From positions 226,385-290,384 of the forward strand of contig JACPJO010000005.1 in NCBI GenBank assembly GCA_016187485.1: a stretch of DNA of 64,000 nt, given 5' to 3'. Position 1 is the first letter of the stretch, and every line of letters starts with the position of its first letter. The position numbers were made by a program, and so were the translations under genes. Positions 53,238 through 62,069 of the stretch are shown piece after piece. Origin of the DNA: Candidatus Uhrbacteria bacterium. GTDB taxonomy: Bacteria; Patescibacteriota; Patescibacteriia; UBA9934; UBA10169. A model generated the notes under the pieces. That model did no database searches and was not told the origin of the DNA. It was given only the letters and a program-made list of their open reading frames with translations.

Positions 53238-53537
53238 ATGCCAATCAATGCCATCATTCGCCTGTCTGTTTCCGAGGCTGCTCGCCTATTTGGGGTAAGC
53301 CAACGAACCATCCGACGGGCTCTGGCTGCAGGCGAGATTACCTATGTAGTCGTTCAGGGACGGTACAAAATTAATTTCGAGTCGCTTTTGAAGTGGAGCC
53401 AGACGACCACAACGGCGAAAAATAAGCTGGAACAGAAGGGTATTGGCCAATACGTCGGGCAATGGAAGATCAAGAACAAACTGTTTTCGCCAAACCCCAA
53501 GGCCTTAGAAAACGAGGAGAAAACAACGAACATGTGA
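53238..53537 (+). CDS. excisionase-family (HTH_17/MerR-like) DNA-binding protein
   Basis: LSVSEAARLFGVSQRTIRRALAAGEITYVVVQGRYKINFESLLKW matches the excisionase-family HTH. Confidence 0.65.
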   Translation: MPINAIIRLSVSEAARLFGVSQRTIRRALAAGEITYVVVQGRYKINFESLLKWSQTTTTAKNKLEQKGIGQYVGQWKIKNKLFSPNPKALENEEKTTNM

Positions 53538-55537
53538 AACGGCTCATCCTCGCCACCCTCTTCCTCGCGCTCCCAACCCTTTTTGTCCACGCCGCGGTAC
53601 AAACCGACCCGGACAAATACGTACGCACGGCAAATTACTTTCTACTCTCGGGCCGCGCGCTCGAAACCCCCGAAGCGAAGGCTACCCTTCCCAAGTTCGA
53701 CCTTCTCATTTTACCGGTAGAAGCGCAGGTCTACAATGCGGCATTTTTTGCGCACGCTCGGCAAATGAATCCCGACATCATTATTTTGGCATACGTCGTC
53801 TCGACAAGCTGGAATAACTTGTACTGGAATGACACACTGCACACGCGCATGCGGCAAGGGATTGCAGATGCATGGTGGCTCACAGACGGAAACGGAAACC
53901 GCACATCAAACTGGCCTGGGCTCACGCTCCTTAATCTCCACAGTGGGTGGACGGACTACTTGGCAAATTTTACCGCCACGCAGATTCTTGCTACAGGGTT
54001 GTGGGACGGTGTGATGTATGACGATGTGGGGGAGGGCATCAGCTCGATTGGGTCAGCTGATGTGAATATGGACGGACGTGCCGACGAGGCAGGGAGCGCC
54101 GATGCTCTGTGGCGCGCGGGGTATGTGCGCCTTGCCGCACGAACGCGCGAATTGGCAGGACCAGGCAAACTCATCCTTACCAACGGTTCTTCACGAACGG
54201 AACTCGCTCCGTATGTGAATGGGCGCATGTTCGAATCGTTCCCGACACCGTGGGAAGGCGATTGGGCGACGGTGACGCGCAAATATGTTGCCGAGGAGAG
54301 TCGTGTGAAGTCGCCGGTTACAAATATTGTCAATGGCGGCACAGATAACACGGGACGGCAGAATGATTATGCAGACATGCGTTACGGGCTTACGACCACC
54401 TTGCTCGGCGGCGGATATTTTGGCTATGACTTCGGCACGACACGCCACAATGATTTGTGGTATTACGACGAATACGACGCGTGGCTGGGCGCGCCAAGCG
54501 AGGGGCGACGCGATCGCATGACGCCGGGCAACACCACTATTAAGCCGAGCGTGTGGGAACGTCGGTTCGAGCGCGGTACCGTAATTGTGAACTCCACGAC
54601 CGAGCGCAAACGCGTTCGGCTGAATGGTGAGTATGAACACTTGCGCGGAACCCAGGATTCCACGGTCAACAGCGGACGCATCGTCTCAAGCGTAGACGTG
54701 AATGCGAAAGACGGGGTGATTCTGCTGCGCACTATCGAAGAAATCATGGACGCCGTATATCAAAATGGATCCTTTGCCCGCGTTTTTCGCGCAGACGGAA
54801 GTGTGAAGCGCAACGGGTTCTTCCCGTTCGATGATCGCGCAAGCGGCGGGGAGCGCGTCATGCGTGTGAATCTTGACAGCGATACCGGCCGCGAGTGGAT
54901 TGTCGCAGGAAATTCGCGCGTAGATCTGTACGACGAAAACGGCAGCAAATATAAAAGCTTCTTCCCCTATACCGAGGCCTACAAACTCGGCGTGAATATT
55001 GCTGTGGGAGATTTGGAAAACGATGGGAGCATGGAAATTGTCACGGGCACTGAGCGGGGCGGCGGCCCACAGATCCGCATCTTTAATAAAGATGGGAACT
55101 TGATCCACCCCGGATTTTTCGCCTACGACAAAGCATTCCGCGGCGGAGTGAACGTGGCTATCGGTGATTTAAACGGGGATGCGATTTCGGAAGTGATTGC
55201 GGGGGCAGGCGTCGGCGGCGGCCCGCATGTGCGCGTCTTTAACAAGGACGGCAAGGTTATCAACCCCGGATTTTTCGCCTACGATCCCGCCTTTCGCGGC
55301 GGCGTCAACGTTGCGTCTGCCGATGTTACGGGAGATGGGATAGATGATATTATTACAGGGCCGGGGAAAGGTGGCGGGCCAGAGGTGCGCGTGTTTGATC
55401 GAAACGGAAAACGTTCGGCCGCCTTCTTTGCCTTCGACAAAAATTCACGTGCGGGCGTAGAGGTCTCCGCCACGGATCTTGATCATGACGGCACCGCAGA
55501 AATTCTTGGATTCAGTGACGAGCCTTTTGCCCCCTAG
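53534..55537 (+). CDS. secreted glycoside-hydrolase-like (TIM-barrel GHL/GH114-type) protein with C-terminal FG-GAP repeats
   Basis: GTG start overlapping the upstream stop (ATGTGA); signal peptide KRLILATLFLALPTLFVHA; GHL-like N-terminal domain; four FG-GAP repeats (VGDLENDGSMEIVTG, IGDLNGDAISEVIAG, ADVTGDGIDDIITG, TDLDHDGTAEILG). Confidence 0.5.
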   Translation: MKRLILATLFLALPTLFVHAAVQTDPDKYVRTANYFLLSGRALETPEAKATLPKFDLLILPVEAQVYNAAFFAHARQMNPDIIILAYVVSTSWNNLYWNDTLHTRMRQGIADAWWLTDGNGNRTSNWPGLTLLNLHSGWTDYLANFTATQILATGLWDGVMYDDVGEGISSIGSADVNMDGRADEAGSADALWRAGYVRLAARTRELAGPGKLILTNGSSRTELAPYVNGRMFESFPTPWEGDWATVTRKYVAEESRVKSPVTNIVNGGTDNTGRQNDYADMRYGLTTTLLGGGYFGYDFGTTRHNDLWYYDEYDAWLGAPSEGRRDRMTPGNTTIKPSVWERRFERGTVIVNSTTERKRVRLNGEYEHLRGTQDSTVNSGRIVSSVDVNAKDGVILLRTIEEIMDAVYQNGSFARVFRADGSVKRNGFFPFDDRASGGERVMRVNLDSDTGREWIVAGNSRVDLYDENGSKYKSFFPYTEAYKLGVNIAVGDLENDGSMEIVTGTERGGGPQIRIFNKDGNLIHPGFFAYDKAFRGGVNVAIGDLNGDAISEVIAGAGVGGGPHVRVFNKDGKVINPGFFAYDPAFRGGVNVASADVTGDGIDDIITGPGKGGGPEVRVFDRNGKRSAAFFAFDKNSRAGVEVSATDLDHDGTAEILGFSDEPFAP

Positions 55538-55541
55538 ACCT

Positions 55542-57395
55542 ATGCCAGAACAGAACATAAAACAAAAAACTCTTGGACTTGCGCGTCACCCGGGCTCATG
55601 GATCACCGCGCCTCTGCATCGCCGCTATCACCGCCACTATCACGGAAAGCACACGTACCCAAAGATCGTCTTTGGCATAGACCTCACCCTGTTTGGCATC
55701 GTGATCGGTACTCTTGCCTCTGCCGCTTTTGTTATTTTTTTTGGTCCGGCGCGCATTATTGACCAAGTAGATTTTACCGCGAGCGTAGCCCCAACAGAGA
55801 TCCGCTCAGGTTCTCCCTCTACCCTCCTCATGGAATGGCAGAACACGTCCAAAGAGGAATTACGCGATGCCAACATTACCTTTCTCTATCCTGATCACTT
55901 CCTGGTACAGAACTTGTACTTCGGGGGTATCGAGACAGACCAACAAACCATCCGTGTGGGAACCATCCCGCCGGGCGGTTCGGGGGCCGTGAAAATCCGC
56001 GGCGTGATGTTTGGAGATGTTGGCGGACAGCAATCGTTCACGACTACACTTTCTGGCCGTTACGGGAAATGGAACCGGCGAGTGCAAAAGTCCGTGACGC
56101 ACGATTTTGTTCCCGGCGCATCGGCTCTTGCTATTTCTGACACACTCCCCGATACCCTTGTATCCGGACAAGACGTGGAGGGTGTCATCATGGTAGCAAA
56201 CACGAGCACGATAGATTTCGGCGCCATCGCTATTCGTTCACGCCGGACAGATTTTGGATTTGTGGCGCACGATGGGGATGTGCGCACACGACAAGAAGAC
56301 GGTACCGTTACATGGATCATTCCCTCCCTCAAAGCGGCGTCGACACGCACTCTTCGTGTCCTGGGTCGCGCCCCAAATCGTACAGAGGAGTCCGTGGAGC
56401 AATGGGGATTCGAAGCCGCCTTCACGTTTGAGAACTCCACGTATGCGCAAGGAAAAACCGTGCACGATTTCCGTCTGATCCCCTCTCCGCTCTCTGCTAA
56501 CCTCGAGGCAGATCATACCTTTTTGAATCCGGGAACGGACTTCTCCGCACACGTGACCTTCAAAAATATCGGCGAGGAGACGCTCGAGAATATCGTGTAT
56601 ATTCTCGAGGCTCGTTCCCCTTTCTTCGCGGCGCGCGACGGAGAGGGCACGGTATACGACCGGGCCAAGAACCGTTGGCGCGTTGAAGCCGATCTCCCGC
56701 GCACGCTTGAGCCTGGAGAGGAAGTCTCCGCTCGCGTGCGTCTGCCCGTTCGGCTCTCCATTCCCGCATCATCGGTACAAACACACGAACGATTAACAGG
56801 CACCGTGCAATCAGGCGCCTCGTTCGCCCTGCGTTCGTCGGGAATTTCTATAGAAGTCCGATCACGCGAGCTTGTCCTTCCTATCACCTCACCCATAGCA
56901 CTCTCCTCATTTGGTCGTTATGCCACAGCGCAAGGTGACCAGCTAGGTCGCGGCCCGCTTCCGCCAAGCGTGGGGGAGGAAACACGTTATTGGGTGTTTT
57001 GGAACATTGCCGGCACCACAAACCCCATCAAGAATATTGTGGTGGAAGGAACGCTCCCGCCGTACGCGCGTTTCACCGGCAAGCAGACAATTTCCGCCGG
57101 GGCACGTGTAGCAAAGGAGGGAGAGTATGTGCGCTGGAAAATTCCAGAACTTGCCCCAAATTTTGCGCCAGGAAGCCCCCGTGCCGGCGCGGCATTCGAG
57201 ATCGGAGTGACGCCAAACGAGGCGCACCTCGGCCGTCCGCTGTCTGTCCTCGATGAAATCACTCTTACTGGCATTGATGCTGTCACGGGAGAAATTGTGC
57301 GCGCTTTCGGCGCCCGCGTAACAACAAACCTGCCTGATGACCCCATGGCGCGCGGGCTTGGCAATGTTATCGCAACCCCCGAGGTTATTTTCTAG
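55542..57395 (+). CDS. hypothetical membrane-anchored beta-rich protein (DUF11-like repeats?)
   Basis: N-terminal TM helix (IVFGIDLTLFGIVIGTLASAAFVIFF) then about 540 aa extracytoplasmic beta-rich region; start placed at MPEQNIK. Confidence 0.4.
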   Translation: MPEQNIKQKTLGLARHPGSWITAPLHRRYHRHYHGKHTYPKIVFGIDLTLFGIVIGTLASAAFVIFFGPARIIDQVDFTASVAPTEIRSGSPSTLLMEWQNTSKEELRDANITFLYPDHFLVQNLYFGGIETDQQTIRVGTIPPGGSGAVKIRGVMFGDVGGQQSFTTTLSGRYGKWNRRVQKSVTHDFVPGASALAISDTLPDTLVSGQDVEGVIMVANTSTIDFGAIAIRSRRTDFGFVAHDGDVRTRQEDGTVTWIIPSLKAASTRTLRVLGRAPNRTEESVEQWGFEAAFTFENSTYAQGKTVHDFRLIPSPLSANLEADHTFLNPGTDFSAHVTFKNIGEETLENIVYILEARSPFFAARDGEGTVYDRAKNRWRVEADLPRTLEPGEEVSARVRLPVRLSIPASSVQTHERLTGTVQSGASFALRSSGISIEVRSRELVLPITSPIALSSFGRYATAQGDQLGRGPLPPSVGEETRYWVFWNIAGTTNPIKNIVVEGTLPPYARFTGKQTISAGARVAKEGEYVRWKIPELAPNFAPGSPRAGAAFEIGVTPNEAHLGRPLSVLDEITLTGIDAVTGEIVRAFGARVTTNLPDDPMARGLGNVIATPEVIF

Positions 57396-58266
57396 CTTTC
57401 CCGTAAACGGGGTCAGGTCTTGAATTTTGAATTTTAGCTAATTCGATAATTTTACTCACCGTGGAGTAATGAAGGTCAAGATACTTTGCAATATCCGTTT
57501 GAGTGTATCTTGCTCGAAAATAGGCCAAAACGATGCCCTTATTGCGATCCGTCTTGTCCCCTATTCTGTAAAAGATCTCCTTAAGGGAAGGGCGACCAAT
57601 CATACGCTCTTCCACCGGGATCTCAATGAGGTCATCCACGTCATGAATGGACTCACGCAACGCGTGTTTAAATTGCAGGTATCCGAGAGGACCATCGGTG
57701 AGTCCAGCATCATCCAAAAACATGCCATCGCTGATAAACTTTTTGTAAAGAATCTGCGCCTGTCGCCTTTTTGTACTGAACTGGGAGAGGAGCCAATTCA
57801 CCGAGAGGCACGGAGGGATAGACACGAGACCAGAGGTTGCCCCATAACTGCTCCACCGCCATTGCTGCGGATACTTCACGACTCGAGCGCGTACGGGGTT
57901 AAGGACAATATATCTTGCCACTTCTAAAAGGTAGGGCTCTTTTTCGATTACGAAAGCTTTATAACGCCCTTCAAATACATGTCCATTTCGTCCGTGAGCC
58001 TTGTTGAAGTGTTGAGAGTAAACACCGTTGAGCTGTTTCATTCCACGCGCAAGGTTTGCTTCACCCGTCTCGACAAGAAGATGGTAGTGATTATCTAACA
58101 GACAATAGGCATGGCAAGACCACTTATAAGACGACACGGTGTCTGCCAGTACACGAAGAAAATCTTTTCTATCTCTTGAACCCAGAAAAATTGGAAGTCG
58201 TGAGTTGCCTCGAGAGATGACGTGGTAAAGCGCTCCCGGATACTCAATCCGAAGTGGACGAGCCAT
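57385..58266 (-). CDS. IS200-like / REP-associated tyrosine transposase (Y1 HUH) with C-terminal DnaA-type HTH
   Basis: HUH motif CHAYCLLDNHYHLLVE and the catalytic Tyr region (WRWSSY) in the N-terminal Y1_Tnp domain; C-terminal GIVLAYFRARYTQTDIAKYLDLHYSTVSKI resembles the DnaA domain IV HTH. Confidence 0.75.
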   Translation of the reverse strand: MARPLRIEYPGALYHVISRGNSRLPIFLGSRDRKDFLRVLADTVSSYKWSCHAYCLLDNHYHLLVETGEANLARGMKQLNGVYSQHFNKAHGRNGHVFEGRYKAFVIEKEPYLLEVARYIVLNPVRARVVKYPQQWRWSSYGATSGLVSIPPCLSVNWLLSQFSTKRRQAQILYKKFISDGMFLDDAGLTDGPLGYLQFKHALRESIHDVDDLIEIPVEERMIGRPSLKEIFYRIGDKTDRNKGIVLAYFRARYTQTDIAKYLDLHYSTVSKIIELAKIQNSRPDPVYGKARK

Positions 58267-58308
58267 AAAGTTGAAAATTCAAAATTCAAGACCTGACCCC
58301 GTTTTGGG
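57400..58308. mobile_element. REPtron-like element: transposase gene bounded by 35-bp inverted repeats (cccgtaaacggggtcaggtcttgaattttgaatttt), each carrying a small hairpin
   Basis: Left IR 57400-57435 and right IR 58274-58308 are reverse complements (31 of 35 nt perfect); the left IR lies within the transposase 3' coding end. Confidence 0.65.
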
Positions 58309-59461
58309 TTTTTTTGAAAATTTCGAGAAGACGGTCTATGTGTTTTTCTGGAGAGAAAACCATCTCTGCACGCAGGCGTGCCGCGCGGCCATATGTTTCG
58401 GCGGACAGAGGATCTTGCAAAAGAATCTCGATGGTCTTCTTCCACGCATCCACATTTCCGGCAGAAACCACACGTCCAGAAACCCCATCTTCTACGACCT
58501 CCGGTAATCCTCCCTGATCGCTCACAAGAACGGCTTTTCCGTGCGCCATTGCTTCAAGAGCTGTAAGGCCAAAGACCTCCGGCCAGAGTGAGGGAACGAT
58601 TACCACAGATGCCGCGAGGTACCACGCCGCCAGTTCTTCCCGCAGAAGCCACCCGGTGACCTCGCAATTTTTTGACGCTGTTCCTTTTATAAAGGGGAGC
58701 AACGGTCCATCGCCAGCAATCACAAACTTTACATCTGGCATGGCACGTGCAAGTTCCACGACAAACCGCGTCCCCTTCTCCTCTACGAGTCGAGAGACGA
58801 ACAACACAGAGCCGTCCCCACGCGACGAGATGGGGACGTTTTTTGTTTCCACAAAATGCGGGAGGTGTACGAGCTTTGTCGGAGCAAACCCAGCTTCGCG
58901 CATCTGCTCAAGAACAAACCGGGACGGGCAAACAAACGTGGCAATACCGCGATCATACAGGCGAAGAAAACGATGCGTATGAAACACGGTCGCCTGTGCC
59001 AGATGCGCAGCAAAAGAGTTTTTGTGAAAGCGCTCATGCGGTGCGCGCCATTGCATGTAATTTGGAGAAAGCATGTGGTAATCATGCACCGTCATCACCG
59101 CAGGAACATGGGCGTCACGAAGCGCGTCCAACACGGACGGAGAGAGCTGCGTGTAAATATTGTGGACATGCGCCACCTCTGCGTGGAACTCGTCCGCAAG
59201 GCGCTTCACGCCGTCACGCGCTTTCCAATTGTAAAGCATGCGACCGAAGGCACGCGCGCCCTCACCGGTGAATTGCGCAGCGTGTGTATCCATCGGCGGA
59301 GCAAAATACTTTGCCCACGGACTTGGCAGGTTATGAGGATCTTGCATCGCAAATGGAGCAACAGCATGCCCGCGCTCTGCAAGAAGCCGGTTTACTTCTA
59401 ACTGATAGCGCGAGGCGCCATCACGATCCCAATAATACTTATGTATGCTGAGGATGTTCAT
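58286..59461 (-). CDS. family 4 glycosyltransferase
   Basis: GT-B fold with EVFGLTALEAMAHGKAVLVSDQGGLPEVV; the last 7 codons and the TGA stop lie inside the right inverted repeat of the transposase element. Confidence 0.75.
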   Translation of the reverse strand: MNILSIHKYYWDRDGASRYQLEVNRLLAERGHAVAPFAMQDPHNLPSPWAKYFAPPMDTHAAQFTGEGARAFGRMLYNWKARDGVKRLADEFHAEVAHVHNIYTQLSPSVLDALRDAHVPAVMTVHDYHMLSPNYMQWRAPHERFHKNSFAAHLAQATVFHTHRFLRLYDRGIATFVCPSRFVLEQMREAGFAPTKLVHLPHFVETKNVPISSRGDGSVLFVSRLVEEKGTRFVVELARAMPDVKFVIAGDGPLLPFIKGTASKNCEVTGWLLREELAAWYLAASVVIVPSLWPEVFGLTALEAMAHGKAVLVSDQGGLPEVVEDGVSGRVVSAGNVDAWKKTIEILLQDPLSAETYGRAARLRAEMVFSPEKHIDRLLEIFKKTQNGVRS

Positions 59462-60939
59462 AAGACACCTTCTTTTCTTCCAAGAACTGTCACAAACCCC
59501 CCATAAAGCCAGAAGTGATATGCCAGAGTTCGGGTTTCAAGAAAGCTCGCCAAGAATGCATGGATGCTCATAGCGACAATGATCCCCATAAACCCGAGCG
59601 CCATGGCACGCGCAAATGGATCGTGCGCACCACGCCACGTACGCGCCGCCAGCGCGCCGAGCGCTGCAAACATCCAGAGATAAAAGATGAGGCCTAAGGT
59701 TCCCGTTTCGCCCCACAAGGATAGCCAGTTGTTATCAATATAGCCTTCCGTTCCACCGACGCCAAACGGGAGTCCAAGCATATCATAGACACGCGTGTTT
59801 CGAAGCGCGAGCACAGCTCCGCCGCCAAACTGCCCGGGGCCGTGGCCGAAAAGCGGCGCTGCCGGGACGACATGCAGCGGCGTATTCACGATCCAAAACA
59901 AGCGGCCGAGTCCGTAATATTCCCCTTGCCAACGCGAGAGAGAAAACGCTTCAAAAAACCGCTCCGCAACTCCCTGCCGCGGCACATCGATAAGACGGCT
60001 AACGACGACTCCAGAAAAAAGTACATACGCGCTTGTGAAAAGAAGAAAAGTGACAAGCGCCACGCGCACGCGCATATCACGCTTGAGGAGAAAACCGATG
60101 AGGAGAAACCCTAAGACAAATCCAAACCAGCCGCTGCGAGAATACGTAAGAACAAGCGCCGGAAGGCCGAGAAGAAAGAGTGCGCGTAATTCAAACCGAT
60201 GGACGAGATGCCGCATTTCATAGAGGATCCCCGCGCCAAGAAGAAGCGCAAACGAAAGAAAGGTCGCAAGACGATCATAGCGGCCAAGAGTGGCAAATAC
60301 GCGCGACCCGGGATCCCAAAACCGGAATGCGTTGGGTGCAAGTGTGAGTTCCCCAAAAAATCTCCCTTCCGAAGGAAAGAGCAGCGTATCGAGCCGCTCG
60401 CCAACAATGGCTTGGAGAATACCGAGTCCGGCTTCCGCAAGAGCAAGCGCCAAGAGAGCTATGGTGAGGCGTTTCATGAACGTGCGCGAGGGGTGAAGGT
60501 AAACTGCGGCAAAATAGACAATGGGAAAACGGAGGATCTGGCGTGCGCCAAGAAGAGCCGTCTCGGGCGGAAGAAGATTAATGACGATAGACGCAAGCAT
60601 CGTGACCAGAAAAAGGGCGAACGGGAGATCAAGCGGAGTACATGTCCGGCGAGAAGATGCAAGAACAGAAACAATGGCAACGCCCGCGACACCGTAGAGC
60701 AAGACTTCAGGAAAAAACCTGGCGTAGACAAAGAGGTGGTCGGGGACAAATTTGAGAACAAACGGCTCAAGAGGAAAATAGAGCGCAAGACCAGCAAGAA
60801 TCCACAGAGGTCGCAAAAGGGCAACACCAAAACACAAGATGCCGATGAGCACAGCGAGCGCGGTTATGGGGGACAAGAAGACGGCAAGAACAATCGTGAG
60901 AGCCGTAGTAAAAATAATCCACAACGCAGGAGCCTTCAT
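59458..60939 (-). CDS. O-antigen ligase/polymerase-like membrane protein (Wzy_C-type)
   Basis: 493 aa, about 12 TM helices with a large external loop; located in the glycosyltransferase context; 4-nt overlaps with both neighbours. Confidence 0.45.
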   Translation of the reverse strand: MKAPALWIIFTTALTIVLAVFLSPITALAVLIGILCFGVALLRPLWILAGLALYFPLEPFVLKFVPDHLFVYARFFPEVLLYGVAGVAIVSVLASSRRTCTPLDLPFALFLVTMLASIVINLLPPETALLGARQILRFPIVYFAAVYLHPSRTFMKRLTIALLALALAEAGLGILQAIVGERLDTLLFPSEGRFFGELTLAPNAFRFWDPGSRVFATLGRYDRLATFLSFALLLGAGILYEMRHLVHRFELRALFLLGLPALVLTYSRSGWFGFVLGFLLIGFLLKRDMRVRVALVTFLLFTSAYVLFSGVVVSRLIDVPRQGVAERFFEAFSLSRWQGEYYGLGRLFWIVNTPLHVVPAAPLFGHGPGQFGGGAVLALRNTRVYDMLGLPFGVGGTEGYIDNNWLSLWGETGTLGLIFYLWMFAALGALAARTWRGAHDPFARAMALGFMGIIVAMSIHAFLASFLETRTLAYHFWLYGGFVTVLGRKEGVL

Positions 60940-61910
60940 AGCGTTTTTTCAAAAGCAATGTTCAAGTACGGAAAGAGCGCGTTAATCGGCACACGACGGC
61001 TCCACGTAGAAAAGCAGATAGCAAGCACAAAAAACATTATACGCAAGAGAAAAACAAGGAGTGCCACTGGACCGCGCTTACGCTCCCCCAGGCGCTTGAA
61101 GTACGCGCGGTACTCTTCAAGCGGGCGGGTCAAAGCTGGTCGCATGTCCTCTGGGAGCAGTCGCCGAATGCCCCACCACGTGCCGCCGACAATACCGTCG
61201 TAGACAAGTTCGTCGTTGGTCTTTTTCCCAAACTCTTCCGGACGGAGTATCCGTGCTGCCTTGCACGCAAGAGTAAGCGGCATCCAGCTTGTAAACGGCA
61301 GACGCGTGGTGTGTCCGTCGTACGGCCAGAGACGATTGGGGGTTTCCGTAATAATAAGAAGGCCGTGCGGTTTTAAAAATGCACAAAGCTGGTGCAGCAG
61401 ACCGCGTCGATCTTTTGGGTGGATATGCTCCACAACCGCACTCATGGTCACGAGATCAAACGATGCACGAGGAAATGGCAGAGTGCCTACATCATGCTCC
61501 CCCACGATGCCCACACGGTCGGCAAGACCTTCATCCCGCAGCCGAAGCCGCGCCGCTTGGCGGTAGAGCGGCATAAGTTCGACAGACGTGACGGCCGCTC
61601 CTTCACGCGCTAAAAAAATCGCGGAGCTCCCGCACCCGCTTCCAAAATCGAGTACAGACTTCCCCGCTACATCCGTCTGGCGCCGGACAAATCCGAGAAA
61701 CTGCTCCTGCACGTACCCCGGGTCGTCAACGCGGAGAATCTCGTCATAGAGATAGTCTCCCTTTGCCGCAAAGAGCGCGTCAAGAGTCCCCTTGCGGTAG
61801 GGGGTGCGGAACGTCACGCCGTCCGTGTGCCAGCGCCCATCAAAAAAAACACGCCCGTGAAGCGTTGCCTCCCGTTCGTCTCCCAGATCTTTCACAAGAA
61901 GATGAGACAT
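60936..61910 (-). CDS. class I SAM-dependent methyltransferase
   Basis: Motif I VLDFGSGCGSSAIFLAREGA and a post-I acidic residue (VTSVELM). Confidence 0.7.
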   Translation of the reverse strand: MSHLLVKDLGDEREATLHGRVFFDGRWHTDGVTFRTPYRKGTLDALFAAKGDYLYDEILRVDDPGYVQEQFLGFVRRQTDVAGKSVLDFGSGCGSSAIFLAREGAAVTSVELMPLYRQAARLRLRDEGLADRVGIVGEHDVGTLPFPRASFDLVTMSAVVEHIHPKDRRGLLHQLCAFLKPHGLLIITETPNRLWPYDGHTTRLPFTSWMPLTLACKAARILRPEEFGKKTNDELVYDGIVGGTWWGIRRLLPEDMRPALTRPLEEYRAYFKRLGERKRGPVALLVFLLRIMFFVLAICFSTWSRRVPINALFPYLNIAFEKTL

Positions 61911-62069
61911 AAGGGTAGTATAGCAAAAAAGAGATCAACGTAAGGAGGACAACATAGGTACACAACAATTCGAAAACCCCGCGGATATGCGGGGTTGGGT
62001 GAGAGCGAGGCCTAACGCTGGGTCAGGCCCCGCTCCACCAAGAAAGAACACTCTGTACGAGAACCTGCT

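Noticed and set aside
53238-53537. Excisionase-family HTH gene as evidence of a prophage or integrative element
   Set aside because: No integrase, recombinase, capsid or terminase genes occur nearby. The gene is coupled to a secreted enzyme and preceded by an operator array, so it is more consistent with a transcriptional regulator of the HTH_17 family.
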